Shown here piece by piece: positions 1 through 19,702 of a stretch of DNA of 64,000 nucleotides. Source of the DNA: Eledone cirrhosa (lineage: Eukaryota). The notes below the pieces were generated by a model that saw only the letters and a list, made by a program, of their open reading frames with translations, was not told the DNA's origin and did not search any database. Every line of letters starts with the position of its first letter. Within the stretch, counting starts at the first letter, position 1. The translations under genes and the position numbers were made by a program. The stretch covers positions 150,412,001 through 150,476,000 of the forward strand of contig OZ024742.1 in the NCBI GenBank assembly GCA_964016885.1. The letters run 5' to 3'.

Positions 1-160
1 ATATACATTATATATACATATATACATATACATATATACATTATATATACATATACACATTATATAATACATATACACATTATATATACATATACACATA
101 TATATGCATATATATATATATACATATATATATATACATATATACATATATACATATATA

Positions 161-212
<52 letters not shown>

Positions 213-216
213 TATA

Positions 217-306
<90 letters not shown>

Positions 307-320
307 CATATATATGCATA

Positions 321-374
<54 letters not shown>

Positions 375-382
375 TATGCATA

Positions 383-434
<52 letters not shown>

Positions 435-439
435 TATGC

Positions 440-498
<59 letters not shown>

Positions 499-521
499 CA
501 TATATATATACATATATATGC

Positions 522-589
<68 letters not shown>

Positions 590-664
590 CTATATGCATA
601 TATATATATATATATACATATATATGCATATATATATACATATATATATATATACATATATATA

Positions 665-702
<38 letters not shown>

Positions 703-710
703 TATATGCA

Positions 711-766
<56 letters not shown>

Positions 767-830
767 CATATATATATATACATATATATATGCATATATA
801 TATATATATATACATATATATATGCATATA

Positions 831-864
<34 letters not shown>

Positions 865-931
865 CATATATATATGCATATATATATATATATATATATA
901 CATATATATATGCATATATATTTATATATAC

Positions 932-962
<31 letters not shown>

Positions 963-1136
963 CATATATATATGACAAGCTTGAAACTAGTACATCGTCC
1001 CTGTGTCAGTGTTGAACAAAAAGGTGACGTGGTTGCCTTAACACCGTATGGCATAAATTCGGGCTGTTGAGTTTGTTTACAAACGAACAAAGCGGCGTTA
1101 TAATAAGCGTCCGCTAAACTGATGCGTGCATATATG

Positions 1137-1190
<54 letters not shown>

Positions 1191-1289
1191 TGCTACTGTA
1201 CGTCTGTATACATATATGTATGTACGTATACATACATACTTACATATATATACATATATATACATATATATACATATATATATATATAC

Positions 1290-1342
<53 letters not shown>

Positions 1343-2361
1343 CATATATATATATTTACATATATATACATATATATATACACATATATACATATATATA
1401 CATATATATATATACATATATATACATATATATACATATATATATATACATATATATACATATATATATATACATATATATACATATATATATATACATA
1501 TATATACATATATATACATATATATACATATATATATATACATATATATACATATATATACATATATATACATATATATATATATACATATATATACATA
1601 TATATATATATATACATATATATACATATATATTCTAGTCGAGTCGATCGACTTTCGTCAAATCGGACCGAGGAAACTATGTTTCCGTTGGTCTTTCCAA
1701 TTGCTAATACTATCTATCGGTCGCAACTCCAGGTAGAAGGAGCAACGTGAAATAAAGTGTCTTGCTCAAGGACATAACGCATCTCCTGGTTCAGGAATCG
1801 AACTCACAACCTCACGATTGTGAATCCAATACTCTAACCACTCAGCCACACGCCTTCACTATACATATATATATACATATATATATATACATATATATAC
1901 ATATATATATATACATATATATACATATATATATATACATATATATACATATATATATATACATATATATACATATATATATATATACATATATATATAC
2001 ATATATACATATACATATATATACATATATATACATATATATACATATATATACATATATATATATACATATATATACATATATATACATATATATACAT
2101 ATATATACATATATATACATATATATATATACATATATATACATATATATATACATATATATACATATATATACATATATATACATATATATATATATAT
2201 ATACATATATATACATATATATACATATATATATATACATATATATACATATATATACATATATATACATATATATATATATATATACATATATATACAT
2301 ATATATACATATATATACATATATATATATATATATACATATATATATAAATATATATACA

Positions 2362-2403
<42 letters not shown>

Positions 2404-2464
2404 CATATATATACATATATATATATATACATATATATACATATATATATATACATATATATAC

Positions 2465-2495
<31 letters not shown>

Positions 2496-2532
2496 CATAT
2501 ATATACATATATATATATACATATATATATAC

Positions 2533-2565
<33 letters not shown>

Positions 2566-2566
2566 C

Positions 2567-2619
<53 letters not shown>

Positions 2620-2938
2620 CATATATATACATATATATATATACATATATACATATACATATATACATATATATATATATACATATATATACATATATAT
2701 ATATACATATACATATATACATATACATATATATATATACATATATATATATACATATATATATATACATATATATATATACATATACATATATATATAT
2801 ACATATACATATATATATATATACATATATATATATACATATATATATACATATATATATATACATATATATATATATACATATATATATATACATATAT
2901 ATATATACATATATATATATATACATATATATATATAC

Positions 2939-2969
<31 letters not shown>

Positions 2970-3069
2970 CATGTATATATATATATATATACATGTATAT
3001 ATATATATGTATATGTATATATATATATGTATATGTATATATGTATATATATATGTATGTATATATGTA

Positions 3070-3101
<32 letters not shown>

Positions 3102-3338
3102 CATATATACATACATATATATATATATACATATATACATATATACATATACATATATATACATATATATATACAGATATATATACATATATATATATAC
3201 ATATATATATATACATATATATATATACATATATACATATATATATATACATATATATATACATATATATATATACATATATATATATACATATATATAT
3301 ATACATATATATACATATATATATATACATATATATAC

Positions 3339-3369
<31 letters not shown>

Positions 3370-3414
3370 CATATATATACATATATATACATATATATAT
3401 ATACATATATATAC

Positions 3415-3445
<31 letters not shown>

Positions 3446-3446
3446 C

Positions 3447-3477
<31 letters not shown>

Positions 3478-3504
3478 CATATATATACATATATATATAT
3501 ATAC

Positions 3505-3535
<31 letters not shown>

Positions 3536-3729
3536 CATATATATACATATATATATATATACATATATATACATATATATATATACATATACATATATAT
3601 ACATATATTTACATATATATATATATACATATATACATATATATATATATACATATTATATATATACATATATATACATATATATATATATACATATATA
3701 TACATATATATATATATACATATATATAC

Positions 3730-3782
<53 letters not shown>

Positions 3783-4045
3783 CATATATATATATATACA
3801 TATATATACATATATATATATAAACATATATATACATATATATATACATATACATATATATACATATATATATATACATATACATATACATATATATACA
3901 TATATATATATACATATACATATATATATATACATATATATATATACATATACATATATATACATATATATATATACATATATATATACATATATATATA
4001 TACATATATATATATATACATATATATATATACATATATATATAC

Positions 4046-4098
<53 letters not shown>

Positions 4099-4445
4099 CA
4101 TATATATATACATATATATATATACATATATATATACATATATATATACATATATATATACATATAAATGAGAGGTATAGAGATTGTTTTAGCAATCATA
4201 TATATATACATGTATATATACATGTATATATATATATACATGTATATATATATATGTATATGTATATATGTATATATATATGTATGTATATATGTATATA
4301 TATATACATATATATATATACATATATACATACATATATATATATATACATATATACATATATACATATATACATATACATATATATACATATATATATA
4401 TACATATATATATATACATATATATATATACATATATATATATAC

Positions 4446-4496
<51 letters not shown>

Positions 4497-4763
4497 CATA
4501 TATATATATACATATATATATATACATATATATACATATATATATATACATATATATATATACATATATATATATACATATATATATATACATATATATA
4601 TATACATATATATATATACATATATATATATACATATATATACATATATATATATACATATATATATATACATATATATATATACATATATATATATAAA
4701 TATATATATATACATATACATATATACATATATATATATACATATATTTATATACATATATAC

Positions 4764-4816
<53 letters not shown>

Positions 4817-5230
4817 CATATATATACATATATATATATATATATACATATATATACATATATATACGTATATATACATATATATACATATATATATACA
4901 TATATATACGTATATATACATATATATACATCTATATACATATATATACATATACATATATATACATATATATACGTATATATACATATACATACATATA
5001 CATATACATATATATACATATATATACGTATATATACATATACATATACATACATATACATATACATATACATATATATACATATACATATATATATACA
5101 TATATATATACGTATATATACATATATATATATATACATATATATACATATACATATATATACATATACATATACATATATATACATATATATACATATA
5201 CATACATATATATACATATACATATATATA

Positions 5231-5304
<74 letters not shown>
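1..5304. repeat. Very long compound (TA)n/(TATACA)n microsatellite arrays with short unique islands (974-1125, 1633-1860, 4166-4197)
   Basis: Seen directly; source of the YIYI/IYTY ORFs. Confidence 0.97.
1738..1859 (-). mobile_element. tRNA-derived SINE (second family), 5' part
   Basis: Minus strand reads GTGAAGGCGTGTGGCTGAGTGGTTAG...GAGTTCGATTCC...TGTCCTTGAGCAAGACACTTTATTTCACGTTG (A and B boxes); related copies at ~58989-59290 (+) and ~33810-33910 (-). Confidence 0.8.
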
Positions 5305-5310
<6 letters not shown>

Positions 5311-6185
5311 GTAAACACACACACTCTTATCTTAAGTATTGGCTATGACTCGCCGATAGATTACGAGATAAACAAAATAGGAGAGAAGTTTGTTCAAAAA
5401 CTTCGATATGTATTATGCGACATAGGAAGTTAATTTCTTTGTTTACTTTGTCAGGGAGTTTCTCAGCAACAAAGAAAATAGAACTAAAAAGGTAAAACAA
5501 AAAAGAATTTTTGAAGACGAAACCATTAATCTATTGATATATTTTGCATTCGTTGCGAAAATAAAATGAAATGAATGTACGCACCTGGTAGTTAGTAACA
5601 GCGAAACCTCCTTAATATTATGTGTTAATTTTTATTTAAAAAAGGGAGACATAGAAAACTATAGTCCTACATAGTATGACAACAACCGGGACACCCTTGA
5701 CCATATGTCACCTTAATCAGAGCTAATCTGATGTTAAACAATCTACAACATCACATTCTTTATCAGCAAGTATATATTATGAATATTTGTGACACTGTTT
5801 GCACATTTCCTTAATAACTCCTATTTCTCCCACAACATCGAATGCAAAGTTTGAACTTACGAAGCGCTGAGAGATTCTGATGTTCATAGAAAATGTAGGA
5901 AAATAACTGTAAATACAATAATATGTGTGCGCACGCGCGCACGTATTTTGTGTCTGTATGTTCGTATTTGTGTGAGTGACAGAGATTGGTAGATTATCTT
6001 GTACATACATATATATATACATGCATATACATATACATGCATATACATATATATGCATATTTATACATATACATATACATACATATACATATATATACAT
6101 ATACATATATACATATACCTATATATACATATACATATATATATACATATATATACATATATATACATATATATATACATATACA

Positions 6186-7530
6186 CAGTGGCGTAGCTAG
6201 GGTGTGGTAAGCAGGGCACATGCCACGGGCGCCATATTTAGTGGGGGGGGGCGCAATTTCGACCTAGATCGATTTACATTCATGTCGTTTTTATCATTTT
6301 TAAAAATATAAGCCAAAAATGAAGCATGTTATTTCTTGATAGCCGACTTCCACGCCATGTCTAGTGCACTAGACAGAGCAGATGTCTGATTTGACTTCAC
6401 CCCCCCCCCCCTCTACCCCTCCACACTGACAGCAGAGTGGGTTGCAATTATGCGGGCGCTATTTTTAGCTATACATTGCAAAACAGCGGATACCTCACTT
6501 GACCACACAAAACCGACGCCCCTCCTACACACACACACACACACTGACTGAAGGGACGTAGTTTTGGACGTGCAACTGGTGGACACGCAAGCGCTATTTT
6601 TAGCAATGCATTGCAATGACCAATACAAGATAATTATAATTATGAAGCTGGTTTAGAAAACAGAGTAGTTTGTCTTTTACAACTGGTACATAAGACGTAT
6701 AGAAAAGGTATCATAATCCAAATGGCCAGATAGGATCGGATAGCTTCTATTAGGAATTCAATTTGACTCCAGTTTAGATGGTTCAATGTTTTCTTCTATA
6801 ATACAGTTCGTCAGAATTTACTAAATCTTATGCAAAAAGCAAGATACTATGGTCTGCTGATTGTTTCGACCCCTGACCAGGCGCCCGAGAACAACTGTCA
6901 AACTTTGTGCGATATGTCGATGTTGATTTCAATATGAAGACGGTCGTTGTGAGGGAATCTTTTCTTGGATTGATTCAAGTAATCAAAAATGATGCCGTAA
7001 GCCTTGTTGAAACAATCGTGAAAGAGCTAGAAAAATATGACCTACCACTGCAGAACTGTCGATCGCAGTGCTATGACAATGCTGCCATAATGGCTGGGCA
7101 CTGCAATGGGGTTCAGCAGAGAATGAGAGAGAAGAGTAATTTGATTCACTTCGTTAATTGCGATAACCATTCACTTAATCTGGCTGGTCTTCATGCAGCC
7201 AAAAACGATTCTGCCATGATGAACTTTTTCAGTTGAATTGACTCGTTATACAACTTATTTTCTCGTTCAACACGACGATGGGAAGTCCTTAAAGAAGTGG
7301 CTCCAGTGGTTGTTAAATATTCTTCCGACACGCGGTGGAGTGCTAGATGTACCGCAGTCAGACCGGTGGCGAATTATTTGACTGATTGTTCAAGTTCTGG
7401 AAAAAATTAGTGATGATGAAACAGAGACATGCGAGAGAAGCGATGCCAGTAATCACCATAATCGGATACTGAGTTATGAATTCCTGAACTTGATTGGATT
7501 CTTGAACACGATTCTCTCACAAATTGACCG
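6186..7530 (+). mobile_element. hAT (Tip100/ZMYM1-like) DNA transposon, left end plus decayed transposase
   Basis: Terminus CAGTGGCGTAGCTAG at 6186; subterminal repeat GCGCTATTTTTAGC-AT-CATTGCAA at ~6456 and ~6591; transposase fragment downstream. Confidence 0.8.
6860..7530 (+). pseudogene. hAT transposase fragment (DDE/dimerisation region)
   Basis: RYVD...RESFLG...CRSQCYDNAAIMAG..GVQ...FVNCDNHSLNL, in-frame stop at 7234-7236, then ...SSDTRWSAR (hAT RW motif); ends in a TA array. Confidence 0.88.
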
Positions 7531-7532
7531 GG

Positions 7533-9617
<2,085 letters not shown>

Positions 9618-10185
9618 TGGTAAACGGAATAGAAAATGCTGACAAATTGTACACAGTTGAAAAATGGTTTAATTAAGAATAAAAGAGTATTAGTAATTGT
9701 ATGGGTTAGTATTCAGTTGTAGTTTTAAGTTTTTAAGTTTTTACCGGTTGCGCATTTCTAAATGCTTTTCAAAAATAATTTTGAGATAGAGTGTCCGTGT
9801 TGTTTGCTCTGATCTGATTAGTTTTGGGAATTCTACCTGTTTTTATGTTAAAAAAGGGCTCCAGCGCGAAATTGTTTTTCACCGCTCCTATTAATGACGT
9901 ATTATTCGTTTTTTCCCTTTCTTTGCCAGCGAACGTTACCACGAACCAAAGTATCGTCTTCCCGTCTTCCTCCGGTTGCAACGTTTTTTGAAATATCCAG
10001 TTCTGCGTTTACAGATTGACTTTGTTAGTTTCAGAAGATCCCGTTAAGGGTGAAGCAGCGATTCTTTGCTTAAACTTTAATCTGTTATTTTAATAAATAT
10101 TTGCTCTACGGTTCTTATATATTTGATATATATTTTCCTTATCGAGCCCTCTTTGGATTTTAGTCTTCAATTTTATTATTATTAC

Positions 10186-12083
<1,898 letters not shown>

Positions 12084-12350
12084 ACCTATCTGTCTGATGA
12101 ACGACCTAGATATATGTTAATATTATCTAGAGTCCTGAAACCTTTGATAATGAAGTACTTATATATTGTGTTCACTTTCTAATTAAATAGCTCTGTGCTA
12201 TACATAGATCACTCTTTTTTCCTTTGCCTTTTCTTCGGAAATACTTATATATATAGCGTTATACTTTGCGAGGGTCATGCTGCCAATAGAAAATAACCAC
12301 TCCTGTTGTGTTTCACTTCAATTTATTATTATTTTCTATATGGAACGTTT

Positions 12351-12535
12351 GATTGGCAGTATCGGTAGAGGGTCGGACGCCATGCTTTGACGCATAGAGT
12401 TACGGCCCTTGCCATTCTGAGTTCAAATCCCGCCGAGGTTAACTTTGCCTTTCATCCTTACGGGGTCGATAAAATAAAGTACCAGTAATGTACATGGGTA
12501 ATTGCTGGCCTTGTGCCAATAGTAGAAACAATTAT
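12351..12535 (+). mobile_element. tRNA-derived SINE with Meta-domain-like core (main SINE family of the window)
   Basis: TGGCAGTATCGG (A box), GAGTTCAAATCC (B box), GCCTTTCATCCTTACGGGGTCGATAAAATAAAGTACCAG core, (ATT)n tail. Confidence 0.9.
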
Positions 12536-13247
12536 TATTATTAATATTATTATAATTTAACAGTCTGTTAGTTTCGTATCCGGATAGTTGTTTAGTTGTT
12601 GATTGTTAAAGCTCTTTCTCCACACATTGATAGACTTTAGCTTTTACCGTTTATGTAAGTGTACACATATATAATTTAATCAAACGGCTAAGCGTTTAAC
12701 ATCCCGGCAACAAATGAGGAAATAAACTTGTTTTATTTAATTTGGTTGAAATTTATTTATTTGGGGGCGTGGTTATGGTTTGATTGACAAGTGGATGAGC
12801 CCCAGGAGAGAGGTTTGTGATGAGACCGCTAAATAAAGAAAAATAGAGGGGTGATGAAAGGTTAAAAACAATATACATGGCAAGAATGAAATGGAAAATA
12901 ACTGGCTGTTGTTGAAGATAAGATTTATGGGGGTGGTGCTAGATGTTGTCGATGTTCATGTCCTATAACCTAAGTAATTAGTAATGTTTTATGTCTCAGG
13001 AAATATTTAATGTGGTATTGTCTCTAGGCCCGAACAATTAGGTTTATTTTATGTGTTTTTAACTGGGATGCAGTTAAATAAATGATTGTGTTGGTGTGAA
13101 GGTGTTTGTGAATGTTTGGGTGTTTTGTAGTGCGTGGCTCTGGGTTTCGTTAATATTTGGGTAAATTAGATAAGTGTTATAGGCATGTTGTCTAAAACTT
13201 CCGTTAGTTTGCTATTTTAAAGAGCTGTCATTATACCTATCATTATA

Positions 13248-13566
13248 AGGGTCGGACACCATGCTTTGACGCATAGAGTTACGGCCTTTGCCATTCTGAG
13301 TTCAAATCCCGCCGAGGTTAACTTTGCCTTTCATCCTTACGGGATAGATAAAATAAAGTACCAGTAATGCACTGGGGTAATTGCTGGCCTTGTGCTAAAA
13401 GTAGAAACAATTATATATATGCCTTATTTCAAATCCTGCCGAGGTTAACTTTGCCTTTCATCCTTACGGGGTCGATAAAATAAAGTACCAGTCACGCACT
13501 GGGGTCGATTTAATCGACTTTCCCCTCCCACCAAATTACTGGCCGTGTGCCTATATTAGAAATCAT
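13248..13566 (+). mobile_element. Two tandem 5'-truncated copies of the main SINE
   Basis: Same core at 13248-13412 and 13428-13566. Confidence 0.88.
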
Positions 13567-14161
13567 TATGTATGCCTTATTCTATGAGAAAGTTTTTGGC
13601 AATAAAAGTGTAATAGTATTATGTAATGGGGTGGTTCTTTCTGTTTACTGGATTGTTACTGTTGTTTAGTATGTTAGTGTCTGAGGTTTGTGTTGTTTCT
13701 ATTGCGGGTGTTTGGTGTATGGCTTTAGTTGTGTATTTACATAACTTCTATCACGAGTGCTGAGGGGTGTAATTGTTGGTGTATCGTTATGTCCAAAGGT
13801 TTTCGCAATGTAGTCTAATAGTGTTGTGTAATGGTGTGTTTCTATTAGTGTCATTTGAGGTTTCCTCTGAGTCATAAAGCATTATTAATTACCTAATAAA
13901 CAGCTGCCGTAAACAACGACCAATTTTTTTCCATTTTATTCTCGCTATGTATTCTGTTTATAACCTTTTATCAAGTACCACCTTTTATCTGTAGATAGTG
14001 GTCTTATCATAATCCCCAAAGTTCCCTTCATTTCTCAATCATAACTACACCCTCCGGCCGCTGCCGCCCAAAAAAAAGAAAGAATTAAATCAATTTTATT
14101 TTCTCATTTGCTATCGAAACGGCAAAAGCTTAACTGTAAGACAGAAAATCATTATAATATA

Positions 14162-14611
14162 CAGTGTACCCCCGGCATTCCCAGTCCCGACATTTGCGTC
14201 ATGGTTATTCGCGGAATTTTCCTTAGAACCTAACTAATAATTGTTTCTACTTTTGGCACAAGGCCGGTAATTACCCAGTGCATTACTGGTACTTTATTTT
14301 ATCGACCCCATAAGGATGAAAGGCAAAGTTAACCTCATTGTTCGTAGAAATCACAGCATATTCGCGGAATCGTAAATATCTTCCACGAATTTTTTAATGG
14401 CAATATATATATATATATTTTTTAACGCTAAATTATTAATAACAATATACAGTATTTGCCGGCCTATTGGACGCCCCCTCGCATAAAACTTTTTTATATT
14501 TTACGTTATATTTTGACGTTTATAGGCATTTAAATGGAACTAGTCCATTATTCGCGGCTTTTCGCTCTCCGTGGTACTCTAGGAACGTAATCCCCGCGAA
14601 CACCGGGGGAC

Positions 14612-14616
<5 letters not shown>
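14162..14616. mobile_element. Tigger/pogo-type MITE carrying a nested SINE fragment (14238-14336, minus strand)
   Basis: TA-flanked imperfect TIRs CAGTGTACCCCCGGCATTC / GAACACCGGGGGACTACTA; internal ATTCGCGG repeats. Confidence 0.7.
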
Positions 14617-14679
<63 letters not shown>

Positions 14680-14999
14680 TCATACACCTTGTTTTACGGT
14701 TACTTTGTGAGGGAAATCTCATTGTAAGGAATATTAATATTGCCCCAAGTTAACAGCCAAAACCACGAATATCTCACTTAAATTTGAACCTCCTTATAAG
14801 GATGCATCTCATTGCTCATAACGTGCACGCCTGTACGTACACACACAAAGCTAATCAGTTACACTTCGTTTGCTTGTGTAACATCATTCTTTCTTAAGGC
14901 ACGTTATTTTTTAATCGATTCAGTAGTCGTAATATCCTATCCTGTCACGTAAGCATATAGAAATATCATAAAATATTAAAGATTATATAAACAGTAGGA

Positions 15000-16380
15000 G
15001 GAAGAAAAAATAACAGTGTTGTTGCGGAATAATTACAACTTGTACTGTCAACTTTAAAAACCATAAAGGATCACTCTGAAAATATTTCCTTGCAACATAG
15101 AAATGAGCTAAAGTTGCTAGACTAATCTGCACATGCATTGAAATCATGAAAAATATTGGGGAAATATGGCAGCTCCTTTCACCACATCCTCTATCCATCA
15201 ACAGTGAGCAGCATTAAATTAATTTAATCAGTTACAAGCTTCTAAACAGTCAAGACCACTCAAACATGTGTTGCTTTTCGTAGATGTCTTCAACAGTTCA
15301 AGGACTATGTAGTCACAGTATCATTCAGATAACAGAAGAATCAGCAAGTGCTGACATCCAGGTTGTATCGGAATGTACTGCGCAATTGAAAGGTATTAAA
15401 GAAAGACGTAAATATCCCCAAGTCTAATTTTTAATGTATACGAATGTGGGCTATTTTGCAAATGTTCATGCTTTAAATCTTTCATCACAAAGGAGTAAAA
15501 AGGCAACAAGGTATAAAATATCATTGTCTCACATTCTTGCTGGGAGGAAATAGACACAGAGGATTTGTAACTCAAACTATCAGTTCTGGTACACCAAGGG
15601 CAATGAAAAGCATTTTCAAATTTATTATTTCTGGTATATGAAAATCTGACAAAAACGATTTGATTACACAAGGTTTTCTTATTGAATGATTCAACAAACC
15701 TTTCAGCTATACTATCAAATATTATTGACAGAAGAACAATTTCGAGGCCAAAATAGTTCTGTTTGTGGACAATTATGCTGGTCATCCTTCACATTTTGAT
15801 TTACTCCAAACGTGCATATCGACGTCATTTATTTTCATCAAATACAACTTCACTACTACGACCTATGTATCAAGAGAGTTATTTTTGATTTCAGGATATG
15901 TTATCTTGGAACATTGAGTTCAACAGAGGATGATAAATCCCAGTCAGTTAAATATTTCAGGAATAATTACATTATGCAAGCAATGAAATATATTAAAGAT
16001 AGCTAGAAAGAAGTTTGGAAACATTATGTGATAGAGGATGGAATACTTTGTACAAATGGCACATGAAGTGGGATTCTTAGCAAATTGATACAGATGGTAT
16101 TCAGGACATATTGTATGATGATATCAAGTCCCTCACTTATGAAAACCTTAAGAAATTAACAGAACCATGTATGTTTGTCCAGATAGCGAAGAGGAAACAT
16201 TCACCTATAACCTATTTTAACAAGGTTCATATCTACAAATTTTAAAGAGATGGTCCATACTTTAGAGCAACTTTCAGAAAAAGAGACGAATTTTGAACGA
16301 TGTATGAAAGTTGAACGATCTATAATGGCAACGTTTAAGAATTAAATAAAGCTTGTAAGAAAGCAAAGCAGTAAAGACTT
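15000..16380 (+). pseudogene. Decayed pogo/Tigger (JERKY-like) DDE transposase
   Basis: Fragments ITEESASAD, IFNVYECGLFCK (cf. FNxDETGLFWK), LFVDNYAGHP, NTTSLLRPM across frameshifts. Confidence 0.8.
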
Positions 16381-17359
16381 GATACGTTTTTTTTTTTTAC
16401 ATTAAAATATGTAATATAACATCTTTTATTGTTTCGCACTTTTTTTATTTGTTGCATGAATTAAAAAGGTTTGTATATATTTTTGATTGAAGATTTTTTC
16501 CTAAATAAGTTTATATTTCTTTCAATAATTAAAAGAATCTATCTGCATAAAAGTTTTGTTTTTTACATTTCACTGATTTACGAACTTTCTGATATCGAAA
16601 TATAATGGAAAATTATTTTATTAAAAGATGCCTTACTACATTAATATATATGTACATATATATAAGGCCCGGAGAGGGATGGGCACTGCCAGGCTTAATA
16701 TGCCCAAGAAACGCTGTATGTCAACCAGGAGTTAAGGGACCACACACACACACATATATATAATTGCGTGTTTTATAGGTTTGTATGCTTAAGTTTACAA
16801 AACATTCACTGAATAAAAAAATAAACAACTCAATATTGATTGTCAGTATGATTGCTTATATCGAAATTTATGAGATACGAGGTTCTCCAAATAGTTTCTC
16901 ACTACCAAATTCCGCTTACAGAATGTTGGTCAACTCAAATCTACATTAGAAAACACTTGTCCGATCTAAACCAGAACCGCACGGTTGTAAAATATTTTAA
17001 ACACGCCACCATACATATGTCCATACTTCCTTTACCTTCTAATTCTCCCTATAAAACTGTTAGACAATGTGCCAAATTTAAAGCTAATTTATCTCTACTC
17101 TTCACACGCTATGATAAAATACTGGGCTGAAACAAATATTGTTTTTCATAGAAAACGCTTTCAGCCCAGATAAGCATGTTGACAATGATTAAAGAATGTC
17201 GTAACGTACAAAGCAAATGGAAAGACACGAAGTCAAACGATAAAATTATTCAAGGGGAGTTACACCACTCTAAGTTCGAAGTCCACAATATCAGATATAA
17301 AAGAAGACCGGTAAAACTAATTTAAACAACTTGACTTTAATGAGATTTTGTGTGGGATT

Positions 17360-17401
17360 GGCTGAGAGGTGGCGTGACAAAGCGTACAGTGACCGGGGTG
17401 C

Positions 17402-17469
<68 letters not shown>

Positions 17470-17511
17470 GCACCCCGGTCACTTTACGCTTTGTCACGCC
17501 ACCTCTCAGCC
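17360..17511. repeat. Inverted repeat (46-bp arms, 1 mismatch) centred on (TA)n
   Basis: GGCTGAGAGG...GGTGCACAA-(TA)n-TTGTGCACC...CCTCTCAGCC. Confidence 0.97.
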
Positions 17512-18399
17512 TATATATATATATATATATCCTGACTCTTTTCCTATAGGTGTGGGGTGTGGTGTGTGTGCATATACGCATACACCCACTTGCTCACATA
17601 CACACACTCTGACAAAGACATTTGAAAAATAATGGGTATTTTTAAAATGCATGACCCAGAAACTAACAAAGATTACATTTATCACGAGATACGCATGACC
17701 TATGATTAGAGTGTTGGGTTCATAATCTCGTAGGTTCGACTCCTGAAAGCACGTTTTGGTCTAAAACGATTCATTTTATGTTGGTATTCATAATACCATA
17801 GACGAGAAGGGCAGCGTCTTTAAAATTAAAAGAATTGACAAACCTATGAGATGCAACCTCGTAGGAGACCAACTAAACCCCCATAGATGTGAGCTATGAA
17901 TTACATTTTTTTTTTCAAAAACTAAAAGTCTATTATAAAAATAAAATATGTGAGAATCGAGAAAGATATATAACAGAAATATCCACGAGACACGAAATAC
18001 TTACTTTCCGTTCATATAAAACAGAAGCTGTATTAGCAGACAGATATGATGAGCTTGGAGATTATATAACAAGAGAAAGTATTAAAGTGATAACTAAATA
18101 TCGACCCAAAACGTTAATCAACCCATGGTTACGGTAGAAGACGTAGAGTCAGTGCGATGCTGGTGGAATCGAATCCAGAACCACACAGCTATGCCTGTGC
18201 CAATATCGGACCAATGCCCCAACAATGCTGTACAAATGCGAAATAGGATAAGGAAGACAATGGCCAAGTAGTACAGGATTTAATGCGAAACGTGAAGCAT
18301 ATCCATTAAAAACTTATTAAAGCATATAATGAAGCAGAATATCAAAACTAACCGCCTATGTAAAATCTAAAAATTACATTGTTTCGGACAGTGTAGCCA

Positions 18400-19260
18400 C
18401 ACACACACGTTATACAGTTCTGTCCGATTACGAGTTTGAACCCGTTGAAACCTGTTTTTTGTAAAATCTATAAACATCAGTAGCTTTCACTGATGCATTA
18501 TCATTTCACAAACAATTCTCGTAGGGCAACAACTATATTTTAGTATATTAATTTTCTAAATGAAACATCATTTTCGGCAGAGCTGTTCTGCTAGAGAACG
18601 AGTCGCAGCTAGCGGATAGCGGTACGACCACCAGATATGATGGTTAGTTGCGATATAAGTGGGCACCTGCCTGACGAAAAAACAAAATTTACTGGATGAA
18701 CCTAGATCCGAATGTTTTTCCGAATTGGATGATCAAATGCAAGAGGGAACGCTTCCAAATAATCCTGTTATGAGAGAGCTTTCCAGTGAAATGTTAGTAT
18801 TATGACTATTCATAATCCTTTGAAGAAGCTAGGAAATCTTTTAAAATGGAAAAAAAAAATAGATTCTCGTGAACTTTCAGCAGCCTATCATCAACAAAGG
18901 TTTGACGGCAGTAAATTGCTCCATACACAACCTCCAAGCACTATTTTATAACCGGATCACGAGTAGAGATGTGGAAGGAAATATTCAATACGAGTATTTA
19001 GAGACGAATCAAACAATGTCTCCTGAACGTTACAGTCACTGTTTCCATCGTTTGAAGAGCGCTTTGTACAGAAAATGTTCTGCCTTATTAAACTGCATGG
19101 TTTCTCTTTCATGAATATAATGTTCAACCTCTTAGCGCACAAGTAAAAATCAGCTGGAATCGTTTCGATGGGAAAGCATGCTACACTTTCCATATTCTCC
19201 AGTTCATGCACTACCTGACTTCCACTTATTTAGATGTTTGGGAAAAATATGGCCAGCAGC
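18400..19260 (+). pseudogene. Decayed mariner (DD34D) transposase
   Basis: EGNIQYEYLETNQTMSPERYSHCFHRLKSAL and a WE..HFPYSPVHALPDFHLFR fragment (cf. YSPDLAPSDYHLFR). Confidence 0.82.
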
Positions 19261-19367
19261 GAAAACACGGATTATATATTTGTATGCTTTACCTACAAAT
19301 ATATGATGAAAAGTGATAGAACTTGAAGATCCACACACACACATGCATACTTATAATTAAATAAGTA

Positions 19368-19439
<72 letters not shown>

Positions 19440-19555
19440 GGCTGCCTTGGGTCAATTTGATTTGTAAATCCAGAAATGATGAATGTGTGTGTATGTGTAT
19501 TTGTATATTATATATATAGTGTCTCTCTCTGTCTTTCTCTGTCTCTCTGTCTCTC

Positions 19556-19631
<76 letters not shown>

Positions 19632-19702
19632 ATCTTCATGAACTTGTTCTTGTTCGCTATAAAATATCAACCCTAATTTAGGGTCCCTAATACACATTAT
19701 AT

